The notes: generated by a model not told the origin, from the letters alone. A stretch of 64,000 nucleotides of DNA from Alphaproteobacteria bacterium (GCA_017962125.1 JAGCVZ010000011.1:182255-246254), one strand, 5' to 3'. Shown: positions 18,136 to 28,759, counted from the first letter of the stretch. Made by a program: numbers and translations.

Positions 18136-18569
18136 GGCAATTTAATCCGATTTGTTATTTTGATTCTTCCGGCATTTGTTTGGCTACTTTTCGCGCCCAA
18201 ACCAAGGCTTTTTGACAAGTATTTTCTATACTGGCTTCATGTTCTTTTAATGTGTTCCCTTCACGATTCAAACGATTTTGTGTTATCTTATCGGTTAATT
18301 TATAATACGTATTTACCAACGGTCAACATACATAATCTCTCCCCAAAGCATACATATCTTTGACAAGTGGTATGATTATATCAGCACCGTAATAATTATC
18401 CTCAATACGTGACAAGGTATCATCATCAAGGGTACTAACACGGTCTAACTGCCATGCCCAATTATAAATAAAATTCCTCTTGCCCCAACCAGTCCAAGAC
18501 CAGAAATCATCAAAATTTTTCCCGGTCAACCCGTTACGATTTAACACTGTACACAAAACAATATAAACG

Positions 18570-18800
18570 TCAATACTTATTAGAAATTTCCACCACCTTG
18601 TCCCGCGATGTTGCGCCACGAACAATTTTAATTTGCGATTTCGGCACATGAAAGTGTTCGGCCAATGCGCGAATAACCGCATCGTTCGCCGCACCATCGA
18701 CCGGCGCGGCGGTTATATGCACCCGCAGTGTCCCGTCCGCATCGGTGGTAATTTTATTCTGTCGCGCGCGCGGAATCACACGCAAATTTATTTTTGGCAT
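18570..18800 (-). CDS. DUF167/YggU family protein
   Basis: MPKINLRVIPRA..LRVHITAAPVDGAAN.. matches the UPF0235 pattern. ATG at 18798-18800. Overlaps the HIT gene end by about 13 nt. Confidence 0.65.
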   Translation of the reverse strand: MPKINLRVIPRARQNKITTDADGTLRVHITAAPVDGAANDAVIRALAEHFHVPKSQIKIVRGATSRDKVVEISNKY

Positions 18801-19174
18801 AGCATTTCTTTCATAATTTCGATACAAGCATCCGTCTTTTCACCGGCGAGCAGGTGCAAATGAAAATGGAACACACTTTGGTTAAACAGCGGCGCCGACA
18901 ATCCCGCATTTGCAAAGACATTAAATTCAGCACTTACACCAATCGCATCCGCGGTTTTGACAAAGCAATCCCAAAATCCGGCCTGCTCTGCCGCAGACGC
19001 ATGCTGTGCAAAATCAAGGATATTTTCATATTCGCCCTTTGGCACAACCAACACATGCTTTTCACACATCGGATTCACATCATAAAAAGACAACGCATAT
19101 TCATTTTCAACAACTTTTTTTGACGGTATTTCGCCACGAATAATTTTTGCAAAAACATTATTTGAATCATACAT
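18788..19174 (-). CDS. HIT family hydrolase (histidine triad)
   Basis: 128 aa with the HFHLHLL histidine-triad motif. Confidence 0.8.
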   Translation of the reverse strand: MYDSNNVFAKIIRGEIPSKKVVENEYALSFYDVNPMCEKHVLVVPKGEYENILDFAQHASAAEQAGFWDCFVKTADAIGVSAEFNVFANAGLSAPLFNQSVFHFHLHLLAGEKTDACIEIMKEMLCQK

Positions 19175-19295
19175 TTGATTTTCTCCGTTTTATAGCAAAC
19201 TGATTCTATCATAACACACAAATTCCGCAATGAAAAAATCTAAAAATCACTTGCGGTATTTTTTATTTTTTTGCTAGCATTGTCTTGACTAAGGA

Positions 19296-21590
19296 ATGAA
19301 AGGGAAAATACTTTCTTTTATACTATGCGCTTTCTGCGCCTTTTCGGCGTTGGCCGCTGTTCGTACGCAAAATTCACCATCCCGCACACCGATTTCAGAA
19401 ACAACAAATCGCACCGATGCCAATGTCGCTACACGCGTGGCAACAAACACGCGAACCATATCAAACCGACGGATAACCAATACCAGACTTGGCACAACCC
19501 GTATCGCACGTATTACACAAACTGCGACATCACCACGTGGCGCGATAACAATGGCGGCAATCGGACGCGCCACGACCAGGAAAAATACAGCACGCGCCAC
19601 AACGGCACGTGCAACCGCCACTCCAACAGTTCAAACAAATACATTCGATGAAAATTATCATAAATGTTACGAGGCATATTTTTCCTGTATGGATCAATTT
19701 TGCGCAACTGTTGATGACCATTATCGTCGTTGTATATGTTCATCAAAACTGGACGGCGTTCAAACACGCGAACGCGCGTTAACTCAGGCATCAAATCAAT
19801 TACAGGATTTCAAAGACCTTAATATCGAAGTAATCTTGAAAACCCCAGAAGAAGTTAAATCTATGCTGTCTGCATCCGAAGGGGAGAAAAAACTTAGCAC
19901 CACACACGATAATTCTGAATCTTCAAAAAAATTAACCGCAATCGGTGATGTTTTAAAGAAAGCCAAAACAAATTCACTATCAACCGCTGGAACATTGGAC
20001 ATAGCCGGCGATATTGGTCAGATATGGAACACAACTGACATCGTATCCGGGGCAAACATTGCAAACCTTACGGGTGAATCGTTATACAACGCCGTACATT
20101 CTCAGTGTGCGGAACTTGTATTACCCACTTGTCCATCAATGACGACATTAAATATGGTTTCTTCGGCATATGGAATGTATATTGAAAACGATTGTTCAAT
20201 ACTGCTTACTGCCCTAGAAAAACAATCTGTAACAGCAAACGCGGCGGTTCGTGAAACGAATCGCGAAATGAACGCGGCACGACTTGAAAATTATAATGCG
20301 CACAATTCAACCGTGATAAACGATTGTATTGCGGGCGTGCGGGCGGATATAACGGCAGATACTGCATGTGGTGAAAATTATGTCCACTGTTTGGATTTAA
20401 CTGGATTATACCTTAATCGTATAACTGGGGAACCAATATATACCAAGAATTTTTATAAACTGAACGACCAGATCTCACTATCTGGGAACATTTTAACAAA
20501 CAGCACTAATGCGAAACTTGTTACCGAATTAAATTCCAAGAGAAAATTCGCCACACACACACTTGAAACATGTCGCGACATCGCCGATACCGTTTGGGAC
20601 GAATATCTGCGCCAGGCAATAACCGAGATATACCAAGGTCAACAATCAAAAATTCAACAGGTTAAGAACGAATGTATGGATGTCGTAAATAAATGCTATG
20701 ACACAAAGACATCGCAATTACGTGATTACAGTAATATCGAAGAACAAATGTTACTTGGTTCTCGTCTTGAACTGTCCGAAGAAATGTGTTCGGAAAAATT
20801 GGAAACATGCAGTAATCTTTACGGTGGTGGTCCAACGGGACTTGCATTGTTAGTAACAGAAATGCATAAAATTGTTGACCAAAAAATTTCGCAAAAATGT
20901 CTTGCCACATTGCAAAATTATGCCCAAAAATTGTGTCGTGTTTCCGGGAACGATATATCACATCAATATCCATATGGATGTCGTGTTTATAAGCCAGGCG
21001 ATATACTTAACGCAACAAATCCAGAATGCACATACAGTGCCGAAATTTATTATGATGGTGACGAACATACCGCACCATCTTCTAGTGGAACCAGTGTCGA
21101 TAGTCTACCCACCGGTTACGATTGTTGGGGTATTCGCGAATACAGCTTATGCAGAACCAACTATTATCTCCATCAAGACAATGACGGTAGGAATAAATGT
21201 TACGTTTGTCCAACAGATTGGTACTGTCCTGGCGGAACAGAGCAACCGCAAAAACACAATGACAACTGCAGTGATTACATAGGAAGCCTGTATCAAAAAA
21301 TGGTTCAGTACGCATTACAATATTGTGTTCGACCAACCGAAGCACAGGCAACAAACACTATTCCTATCGAAGTGCTGGCCGACGTTAATACTGTAATGGA
21401 TTCTATACGTTCCGACATGGCGACAATATTATCCAAAGAATGCACCGACCTGAATGGAACATGGACAGATTATACATCAGCCGCAGAAGACAAGGCATAT
21501 ATAGATTTTTATAACAAAACAAATGCAGACTATAAGTGGGGAGTGTGCATCAATTCGACAGAAGGGTCAGAAAGCGGTGAAGGTGAATAA
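19296..21590 (+). CDS. large secreted cysteine-rich protein, paralog P2
   Basis: 764 aa. Signal peptide MKGKILSFILCAFCAFSALAAV, then a T/R/N-rich basic low-complexity region, then CYEAYFSCMDQFCATVDDHYRRCICSS. The block ETCRDIADTVWDEY matches P1. Confidence 0.7.
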   Translation: MKGKILSFILCAFCAFSALAAVRTQNSPSRTPISETTNRTDANVATRVATNTRTISNRRITNTRLGTTRIARITQTATSPRGAITMAAIGRATTRKNTARATTARATATPTVQTNTFDENYHKCYEAYFSCMDQFCATVDDHYRRCICSSKLDGVQTRERALTQASNQLQDFKDLNIEVILKTPEEVKSMLSASEGEKKLSTTHDNSESSKKLTAIGDVLKKAKTNSLSTAGTLDIAGDIGQIWNTTDIVSGANIANLTGESLYNAVHSQCAELVLPTCPSMTTLNMVSSAYGMYIENDCSILLTALEKQSVTANAAVRETNREMNAARLENYNAHNSTVINDCIAGVRADITADTACGENYVHCLDLTGLYLNRITGEPIYTKNFYKLNDQISLSGNILTNSTNAKLVTELNSKRKFATHTLETCRDIADTVWDEYLRQAITEIYQGQQSKIQQVKNECMDVVNKCYDTKTSQLRDYSNIEEQMLLGSRLELSEEMCSEKLETCSNLYGGGPTGLALLVTEMHKIVDQKISQKCLATLQNYAQKLCRVSGNDISHQYPYGCRVYKPGDILNATNPECTYSAEIYYDGDEHTAPSSSGTSVDSLPTGYDCWGIREYSLCRTNYYLHQDNDGRNKCYVCPTDWYCPGGTEQPQKHNDNCSDYIGSLYQKMVQYALQYCVRPTEAQATNTIPIEVLADVNTVMDSIRSDMATILSKECTDLNGTWTDYTSAAEDKAYIDFYNKTNADYKWGVCINSTEGSESGEGE

Positions 21591-21661
21591 GAACCATAAA
21601 GACAATAAACATCAAAACTTGAACATTATAAGAAAAACTGATATAATAAAAAGGGAGAAAG

Positions 21662-22369
21662 ATGAAAAAACAAATCGCGACTTTATTATTTGGCGTTACC
21701 ACATGCGGAACCGCATTTGGTGCGGGGATTGATTGGTGGAATCGTAACACAATTTGTCAAATAAATGACACTCGGTGTTATGCAGAATCCACGGTTGGTA
21801 TAGATTTTAGCTTTGAAACGGGTTGGGATATATCCGGTAACTGTCGCGGCAAAAAGTTTATCTGTGCCGAAGCACTTAGTACCGATGCATCTGATTCTGT
21901 CGGCATGGAACGCGTTGATATTTTACGCAAAAACGGGATTAGCTCTGACTTTGATACAGATGTTTATGTTTCATCTGGTAATTGTTATGGTGCACGCAAA
22001 ACTTCGCAAAATGGAACGATGGCTTTGGTAGATGGCGAATATGTTCGTGTATGGTGTAATGGGATTCTATCTAACCCGACTGGTACTGTTGCGAATGGTG
22101 AAATAACAACAAATGCAAATCCAACATGTCGTGAGTTAGCGGACATGAATTATGTCGCGACATTGAATGGTAATTGTTACGGCAAAAAATACAATCCGGC
22201 AAATTATGCCATTGATTGTGATGGTGAAAATCCAATAATAATTATCTTGAACGGCGCAGAATACGATTCAAACGGTCGCAATCCCATGACAATTTCAACC
22301 GTCAATACGCTCTTTGATAAAATGCAAGCAAACGCAGCCGCACAACGCGCAATTCATTTTCCACAATAG
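21662..22369 (+). CDS. secreted cysteine-rich protein (235 aa)
   Basis: Signal peptide with 14 Cys. Strong RBS AAAGGGAGAAAG. Lies 70 nt downstream of P2. Confidence 0.55.
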   Translation: MKKQIATLLFGVTTCGTAFGAGIDWWNRNTICQINDTRCYAESTVGIDFSFETGWDISGNCRGKKFICAEALSTDASDSVGMERVDILRKNGISSDFDTDVYVSSGNCYGARKTSQNGTMALVDGEYVRVWCNGILSNPTGTVANGEITTNANPTCRELADMNYVATLNGNCYGKKYNPANYAIDCDGENPIIIILNGAEYDSNGRNPMTISTVNTLFDKMQANAAAQRAIHFPQ

Positions 22370-22425
22370 GCTATATTATAAATTGCATTGTTGATATATT
22401 TATTTATGCGATATCAAATAATAAA

Positions 22426-22452
22426 AACCGCCGAAAGAATTCGGCGGTTCTT
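22426..22452. terminator. bidirectional intrinsic terminator (ACCGCCGAA-AGAA-TTCGGCGGT)
   Basis: Hairpin with a T-run on the minus strand side (after the DUF805 gene) and a TCTT tail on the plus side. Confidence 0.5.
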
Positions 22453-22474
22453 AATAACACTAAACTTTGATGAA

Positions 22475-23005
22475 TCACTTCCTGCTTGGCAAACATCCGA
22501 CAACAATATTGAATATAGTATCAACAATAAAGAACAATGCATACAATGCCATCCCAGAAGACACATACCCAAACGCCATCATCGCATACCATTTCGTACC
22601 ACGAAGAATTGGCACCAAGTAAATAACCAACATTGGAATAAGGTACAACCACACCGAAATCCCAGCATCACGAAAACGACGAACTGAAAGCGACATAATC
22701 GGGATGAATAAAATTGCACTAACAATCAACGAAACTATCCCCCCAGGGAAGAAATACGCAAAGCACCAATTCACCAAGAACGCAAACAATAGACCAAACC
22801 AAAATTCCGCACGCGTGGAACGACCAACGAAATCAAAATACCGCCGCCAAAAACTTGCAATCGCAGATAACGGTCCAACCATAGGACGTGGACGCGGAGC
22901 CTGAACGACCTTTTCACGCACAATCGCACGACGCGCCGGTGCACGTTTCACAGATTTTTTTGTTGTTGTTTTCTTTGCTGTTGTTTTCTTTTTTGCAACT
23001 GGCAT
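22475..23005 (-). CDS. DUF805 family inner-membrane protein with Lys-rich histone-H1-like N-terminal tail
   Basis: The pattern SFWRRYFDFVGRSTRAEFWF matches DUF805. N-terminus is MPVAKKKTTAKKTTTKKSVKRAPARR. RBS AAGGAGAG. Confidence 0.6.
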   Translation of the reverse strand: MPVAKKKTTAKKTTTKKSVKRAPARRAIVREKVVQAPRPRPMVGPLSAIASFWRRYFDFVGRSTRAEFWFGLLFAFLVNWCFAYFFPGGIVSLIVSAILFIPIMSLSVRRFRDAGISVWLYLIPMLVIYLVPILRGTKWYAMMAFGYVSSGMALYALFFIVDTIFNIVVGCLPSRK

Positions 23006-23032
23006 ATTCTCTCCTTTTCTTTCACGCGCACA

Positions 23033-23692
23033 TTATACATTATTTTTGAATCCAAGTCCAACAATAAACATTTCAACAGAATCCTTGCGCGATGCAGCAG
23101 GTTTCACATGATGAACCGATTCGAATTTTTCCTTTATTTGTTTAAGCAACTCATTCGTTGTTCCGCCAGTGAACGATTTTGCAACAAATGTCCCGCCCGG
23201 CTTTAACGCACGACACGCAAAATCAAATGCGTATTCTAAAAGCACCATTTGGCGCAAGTGATCTGTTTTCTGGTGTCCCACCGTATTCGGTGCCATATCA
23301 GACACAACAACATCTACCACACCGTTCGCATTATCATCCAATTTCAATTTTTCTTCTAACCATTGCAACGCCACATCAGTTGTAAAATCGCCTTGATAAA
23401 ATTCGACATTGTTGATTGGTGTTATTTCCAGCAAATCCATCGCAAAAATTTTTGTCTGTGGAAAAGTTCGCGCAATAAATTGCGACCACGAACCCGGTGC
23501 CGCACCTAAATCTACAACCGTTTGCCCATTCTTTAGGAACTTGTACTTTTCATTTATTTCAATCAGTTTATACGCCGCACGCGCACGATACCCATCATGA
23601 TGCGCCCGCGCAACATACGGGTCGGCGGCCTGACGCTGTAACCACGCCACCGAAGATTTATGTTTTGCAATTTTTTTATTTTGTATTTTCAT
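23033..23692 (-). CDS. rlmE: 23S rRNA (uridine2552-2'-O)-methyltransferase RlmE/FtsJ
   Basis: 219 aa. Motifs KLIEI and DLGAAPGSWSQ. Confidence 0.85.
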   Translation of the reverse strand: MKIQNKKIAKHKSSVAWLQRQAADPYVARAHHDGYRARAAYKLIEINEKYKFLKNGQTVVDLGAAPGSWSQFIARTFPQTKIFAMDLLEITPINNVEFYQGDFTTDVALQWLEEKLKLDDNANGVVDVVVSDMAPNTVGHQKTDHLRQMVLLEYAFDFACRALKPGGTFVAKSFTGGTTNELLKQIKEKFESVHHVKPAASRKDSVEMFIVGLGFKNNV

Positions 23693-23701
23693 TTTGTTGT
23701 C

Positions 23702-23764
23702 ATCCCGCAGAGCCCGCCTGCGCCGTTCACCACCGAACGGCGGTCATCAGGGCGAGTGCGGGAT
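23702..23764. repeat. GC-rich palindromic element immediately upstream of the rlmE start
   Basis: ATCCCGCA..GCGCCGTTC-ACCACC-GAACGGCGG..TGCGGGAT nested inverted repeats. Conspicuous in the AT-rich context. Confidence 0.5.
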
Positions 23765-23767
23765 TTA

Positions 23768-24016
23768 TTATTTGTTATTTTCATTTTGTGTTGCTAACAA
23801 ATAGCAGTAAAATTCGCATACTTTCTTGTACCTATGCCGCCAAAAAAGCCGACCCTTTTCAAAATAACGTGATCGCGGCTCAACAATTTCAAGACATCCA
23901 AATTCAGGATAAACCTCTTTCCATTGTACATTCCAACCACGTAAACTCTGTGGGTTCCCTCCATCATCGTAAACATATACTGGTACGATTCCTATATCTC
24001 TAATTTCTACTGACAT
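23768..24016 (-). CDS. small hypothetical protein A (83 aa), tandem paralog of 24131..24394
   Basis: ATG at 24014-24016 with a GAGGGA RBS. Shares PVY..D..G..GW.V.W with protein B. Confidence 0.4.
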   Translation of the reverse strand: MSVEIRDIGIVPVYVYDDGGNPQSLRGWNVQWKEVYPEFGCLEIVEPRSRYFEKGRLFWRHRYKKVCEFYCYLLATQNENNK

Positions 24017-24130
24017 ATTTTTAGTCCCTCTATTATTTATCATTGCTTTTTGCAGAATAAACAAGAAAATTCTTATATTCCTTATACTGCGTTGCAAGAC
24101 CTTGTAAATAAGCCATTTGTTTTTCCTTTA

Positions 24131-24394
24131 CTACCTATTATTACTTTGTTTTAACAATCTTTCTTTAAATCTTTGCGCGGCGCGTTCGCTGTTTCTAAAC
24201 CATGTTTCCTTGTAAAAATGTTTCCACTGTATCCGAATGGGAAAGATTTTTTTCTCAACGCCCCACCATGTCACTTCCCATCCAATAAATTTCCCATTCT
24301 CTTCATCGTACACCGGACTCGATTCCACATCATAAAAAACGAACCTTCTCGTCTCTTCATTATACAGGGCATACAACACATCACCAATAATCAT
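24131..24394 (-). CDS. small hypothetical protein B (87 aa)
   Basis: ATG at 24392-24394 with an AAGGAAG RBS. Motif GWEVTWWGV. Confidence 0.45.
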   Translation of the reverse strand: MIIGDVLYALYNEETRRFVFYDVESSPVYDEENGKFIGWEVTWWGVEKKIFPIRIQWKHFYKETWFRNSERAAQRFKERLLKQSNNR

Positions 24395-24407
24395 AACAAA
24401 ATCTTCC

Positions 24408-24890
24408 TTACTTCGCGCCTGGTTCACCACCACCCTGTTTCATGCGTTCCATAACGGCCTCCATACCGCCCATGCGCTGAATCATCGCCATTTGCTGTTT
24501 CATTTTCAGATATTGTTTAATAATATGTTCCACGTCACGCACAGTAACACCCGCGGTTTCCGCAATGCGCGCCTTGGCATTGGCAAAGATTTTTTCCGGG
24601 TCTGCACGTTCCGCGGCGGTCATTGCTTCCAGTATTTTAATCTGAGCATCGACACTGCCGTCCTTGATTTTTTCCTTCATCGCCGCAACCGCGCCCGACA
24701 TACCTGGCACCATTTTCAGCAGCCCACTAAAATTACTCATCTTTTTAATCTGCTTTAATTGTGCAAGCATATCGTTCATATCAAACTGCCCCGCCATCAT
24801 GCGTTCCGCGGTTTCTTTCATGCCCTTTGGCATATGCGGTTCTTCCGCGCTAACATTTTCTTCTTTTTTCTTTTTACCAAATCCAAACAT
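24408..24890 (-). CDS. stand-alone SRP54/Ffh M-domain homolog (no NG/GTPase domain)
   Basis: 160 aa. FDMNDMLAQLKQIKKM..LKMVPGM.. and a Met-rich ..MKQQMAMIQRMGGMEAVMERM.. align to the Ffh M domain. Own GGAGAA RBS. Only 45 nt separate it from the uvrA stop, so no NG domain lies upstream. Confidence 0.6.
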   Translation of the reverse strand: MFGFGKKKKEENVSAEEPHMPKGMKETAERMMAGQFDMNDMLAQLKQIKKMSNFSGLLKMVPGMSGAVAAMKEKIKDGSVDAQIKILEAMTAAERADPEKIFANAKARIAETAGVTVRDVEHIIKQYLKMKQQMAMIQRMGGMEAVMERMKQGGGEPGAK

Positions 24891-24935
24891 TTTGTTCTCC
24901 TTATGTTTTCTTGTTTGATTTTATTTTACGAAACT

Positions 24936-27779
24936 CTATTTGTCCAGATACTTTGCCAAATATTTTCCGGTAAGCGATTCCGGATTCCGCGCCACATCTT
25001 CGGGCGTGCCGGTTGCAACCACGCGACCACCGCCCGCACCGCCCGCCGGTCCCAGGTCAATAATCCAATCTGCTGTTTTGATTACTTCCAGATTATGTTC
25101 AATGACTATGACGGTATTGCCCTGCTCTACAAATTCATGCAAAACAGCAAGTAATTGTTTAATATCTTCAAAATGCAATCCTGTTGTCGGTTCGTCTAAG
25201 ATATACAACGTTTGCCCTGTTCCGCGCGCAGATAATTCTTTGGACAATTTTATACGCTGTGCTTCACCCCCCGACAAATCAAGAGAACTTTGCCCAAGTT
25301 TTATATAATCCAACCCAACGCGTTTTAATAACTCTAGCTTCCGACTAATTTGGGGATGATTGATAAAGAAACGATACGCTTCGTCCACAGTCATATCCAA
25401 CACATCAGCAATGGATTTTCCCTTGTATTTAACGCTAAGTGTTTCTTCGTTATACCGCGTACCATGACATTTATCACATTCAACATAAATATCTGCCAAG
25501 AAATTCATTTCAATTTTTATCTGGCCATCCCCCTGGCACGCTTCGCACCGACCACCTCGAACATTAAAGGAAAAACGTCCTGGTCCATATCCACGAATTT
25601 TAGATTCTGGTAATTCGGCGAAGAAATCACGAATATTAGAAAACACACCAGTATAAGTTGCAGGATTGCTACGCGGGCTACGTCCTATGGGGGATTGGTC
25701 GATATCCACAACCTTGTCTATATTTTCCATACCACGAATAATATCATGCGCCCCAGATTCCACCTTTGAACCATAAAGTGCGCGCATCAATGCAGGATAC
25801 AAGGTATTTAATAATAATGTAGACTTGCCCGACCCCGACACACCGGTCAACGCAATAAATTTTCCAAGCGGAAATTCAACATTTACATTTTTAAGATTAT
25901 TTGCATGCGCGCCATAAATTGTAATGGATTTTCCATTTCCTGTCCTGCGCTTTTTGGGCACCGGAATTTTTTTTACACCAGATAAATATTGCCCCGTAAG
26001 AGAATTTTTATTTTTTATAACCTGGGCCGGAGTGCCAGCAGCGATGATATTTCCACCATTCACACCCGCACCACGACCAATATCTATAAGGTAATCTGCT
26101 GCACGCATTGCGTCTTCATCGTGTTCAACAACAATCACACTATTGTCTTTATCGCGCAACATTTTCAGTGTTTCAAGCAATTTGTCATTATCACTTTGAT
26201 GCAACCCAATCGACGGCTCATCCAACACATAAAGAACGCCAGATAAACCGCTACCAATCTGTGATGCAAGACGGATACGTTGTGCTTCACCACCCGAAAG
26301 CGTTCCGGACATACGCGACATAGTCAAATATCCAAGTCCAACATTTTTAAGGAAAAACAACCTACTTGTTATTTCGCGCAACACCATCTTCGCAATATCA
26401 TTTTCCTTTTGCGTTAAATGATTCGGCAAATCTATAAACCACACGTAAGAATCATCAATTGACATATCACAAACATCAATAATATCCGCACCATTTATCT
26501 TTATACACAATGCCTGAACATTAAGACGTTTTCCGTGGCACACCGGACACGGCTTTTCCGATTGATACTTTGCTAATTCAGCACGCATAGCATCAGATTC
26601 AGACTCTCGCCAACGCCGTTCAATGTTTGGAATAACACCTTCAAAAGGTTTTTCATAAACGAACCCGTTCCAATTTATCTTTATCGGTTTATCGCCCGTC
26701 CCATATAAAATGATATTTTTGTGTTCTTCGCTAAGCGTATGCCATGGCTTCCCGAGTGGAATTTTGTATTGCCGGTGCAACGCATTTATCAAATGTTCAA
26801 ATTGCGACAGCATACCCCCACGCGACCAAGGAGCAATCGCCCCATCCAAAATCGACTTTGACGGATCAGGAACAACTAAATCTGGCGACATATTCAGTTG
26901 CACCCCCAAACCATCGCACGCACTGCATGCACCAATCGGCGCGTTAAAAGAAAACAATCTTGGTTCAATTTTCGGCACTGCAAAACCACTAACTGGACAC
27001 GCGTAATTTTGCGAATAAAGAACATCTTCATTAGTATCAAGCCGCCGCAAAATCACCGACCCCGGCACCAAGCGCAACGCACCTTCGAACGAAGAGTAAA
27101 TACGCGAACGAAAATCTTCACGTTCAGAATCTGTCGCATCCCCTGACGGCATTTGAATTCGGTCAATTATAACAAAAATATCGTGTTTTTTGTTTTTATC
27201 CAACGCCGGCACTGCCGTTAAATCATAAAGTTCACCGTCAATAATTACCCTTTGGTAACCCTGTTTTACTAAAAAAGCCAATTCTTTTTTATACTCGCCC
27301 TTACGCGCCCGAACCAATGGCGCCATAATAAATGCACGTGTCCCTGCCGGAATATCCATGGTCAAATCAACCATTTCTGCGATAGTTTGTGATTTTATGG
27401 GCAACCCTGTAACCGGCGAATACGGCACCCCGATTCGCGCCCACAGCAAACGCAAATAATCATATATTTCTGTAACCGTTCCAACGGTAGAACGGGGATT
27501 TTTTGACGTAGTTTTTTGCTCGATAGATATTGCCGGCGCCAAACCTTCAATTAAATCGACATCAGGCTTTTTCTGCATATCTAAAAACTGTCGCGCATAA
27601 CTGGACAGCGATTCGACATAACGCCGTTGTCCTTCGGCATAAATCGTATTAAACGCAAGTGAAGATTTTCCTGATCCGGATACACCAGTTACGACCACCA
27701 ATTTGTTCTTTGGTATGTCAAGATCGATATTTTTAAGATTGTTTTCGCGTGCACCGCGAATTTTTATAACGCCACTCAT
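24936..27779 (-). CDS. uvrA: excinuclease ABC subunit A
   Basis: 947 aa. Two ABC ATPase modules ([10 protein letters not shown] twice) with zinc-finger Cys clusters. Confidence 0.9.
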   Translation of the reverse strand: MSGVIKIRGARENNLKNIDLDIPKNKLVVVTGVSGSGKSSLAFNTIYAEGQRRYVESLSSYARQFLDMQKKPDVDLIEGLAPAISIEQKTTSKNPRSTVGTVTEIYDYLRLLWARIGVPYSPVTGLPIKSQTIAEMVDLTMDIPAGTRAFIMAPLVRARKGEYKKELAFLVKQGYQRVIIDGELYDLTAVPALDKNKKHDIFVIIDRIQMPSGDATDSEREDFRSRIYSSFEGALRLVPGSVILRRLDTNEDVLYSQNYACPVSGFAVPKIEPRLFSFNAPIGACSACDGLGVQLNMSPDLVVPDPSKSILDGAIAPWSRGGMLSQFEHLINALHRQYKIPLGKPWHTLSEEHKNIILYGTGDKPIKINWNGFVYEKPFEGVIPNIERRWRESESDAMRAELAKYQSEKPCPVCHGKRLNVQALCIKINGADIIDVCDMSIDDSYVWFIDLPNHLTQKENDIAKMVLREITSRLFFLKNVGLGYLTMSRMSGTLSGGEAQRIRLASQIGSGLSGVLYVLDEPSIGLHQSDNDKLLETLKMLRDKDNSVIVVEHDEDAMRAADYLIDIGRGAGVNGGNIIAAGTPAQVIKNKNSLTGQYLSGVKKIPVPKKRRTGNGKSITIYGAHANNLKNVNVEFPLGKFIALTGVSGSGKSTLLLNTLYPALMRALYGSKVESGAHDIIRGMENIDKVVDIDQSPIGRSPRSNPATYTGVFSNIRDFFAELPESKIRGYGPGRFSFNVRGGRCEACQGDGQIKIEMNFLADIYVECDKCHGTRYNEETLSVKYKGKSIADVLDMTVDEAYRFFINHPQISRKLELLKRVGLDYIKLGQSSLDLSGGEAQRIKLSKELSARGTGQTLYILDEPTTGLHFEDIKQLLAVLHEFVEQGNTVIVIEHNLEVIKTADWIIDLGPAGGAGGGRVVATGTPEDVARNPESLTGKYLAKYLDK

Positions 27780-27838
27780 GGCACTAAATATAGAACTTTT
27801 TTACCGGTTTTCAATAACCCTTGCAAAACAAAAGTTCC

Positions 27839-28708
27839 TTATTTATCCGATTTTTTCTTGGCCAGTTTCCCCGCATCCAAAGCAACACCAGTTTTACGCA
27901 CGTTATCATCACCAATTTTACCAACCAGTTCGTTATTAACCCAAACCTCTATCGCGCCCGCGTTACCAAATGTTCCCTTATGCTTGTTTCCCGCCGGAAC
28001 ATAGTAAACATCGCCAGGCACCAAAACGCGGCTAAACACAGTTTTTCCCCGTGCGTCTTCAATTTTTACCCAAGATTCTTTGACCGCCTGAATTATTATT
28101 TCAGCCTTGTCGGCATTCTCAGTTCCGAATTTTTCACGTACTTCGACACTATATTTTGGTTCGATGACCATAACCTGTTGCGGTGCCGCAACCTTAACCA
28201 CCATACGCGTTGCCTTGGCATCCTCAGCACTTGGTAATATCAAAACAAGCGCAACAAGCAAAACAATAAATACGCCCAACCCCGCCGTCAACCAAAGCCA
28301 ATGTTTCTTCACATAAGCAACAATCTTGGCCTGTTTTTCACCAAGAACCATCTTTTTTACCTTATCCACCGTTGCGACCTTGGGCTGTTCAGGTTTATCG
28401 TGTGCAACCATCGCTTCGGCCAACTTCATAATCCCAAGCTCACGTTTAATTTTTGCGACGATTATATCCGGATTCAAACCCAACTCCATCGCATAGTTAC
28501 GTGCAAAACCCAATATGTAAACCGTTTCCGGCAAAACAGTATAATTCCCATCTTCTAATGCCTGAAGAAATTCTTCACGAATGCAAAGTTGCTTTGAAAT
28601 CGTTTGGATTTCACGTTTACGCCGCCCCGTTGTGCGTGCCGCACGTAACATTTCGCCCGCCGTCATTTCAGGATTTATACTTGGTGCGTCTGTAAATTCT
28701 TCTGTCAT
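27839..28708 (-). CDS. rodZ: RodZ-like cytoskeleton protein (HTH + TM + C-terminal DUF4115-like)
   Basis: N-terminal XRE-like HTH (LRAARTTGRRKREIQTISKQLCIREEFLQALE), a single TM helix, and a periplasmic C-terminal domain. Confidence 0.65.
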   Translation of the reverse strand: MTEEFTDAPSINPEMTAGEMLRAARTTGRRKREIQTISKQLCIREEFLQALEDGNYTVLPETVYILGFARNYAMELGLNPDIIVAKIKRELGIMKLAEAMVAHDKPEQPKVATVDKVKKMVLGEKQAKIVAYVKKHWLWLTAGLGVFIVLLVALVLILPSAEDAKATRMVVKVAAPQQVMVIEPKYSVEVREKFGTENADKAEIIIQAVKESWVKIEDARGKTVFSRVLVPGDVYYVPAGNKHKGTFGNAGAIEVWVNNELVGKIGDDNVRKTGVALDAGKLAKKKSDK

Positions 28709-28759
28709 GGAGTGATTCCTTTTTATATATTACTTGTATCCATTATAATAGAACTATCT

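Noticed and set aside
19289-19794. Minus-strand ORFs of 93-110 aa antisense to the P2 low-complexity region
   Set aside because: Repetitive codon composition of the sense strand generates open antisense frames. No RBS.
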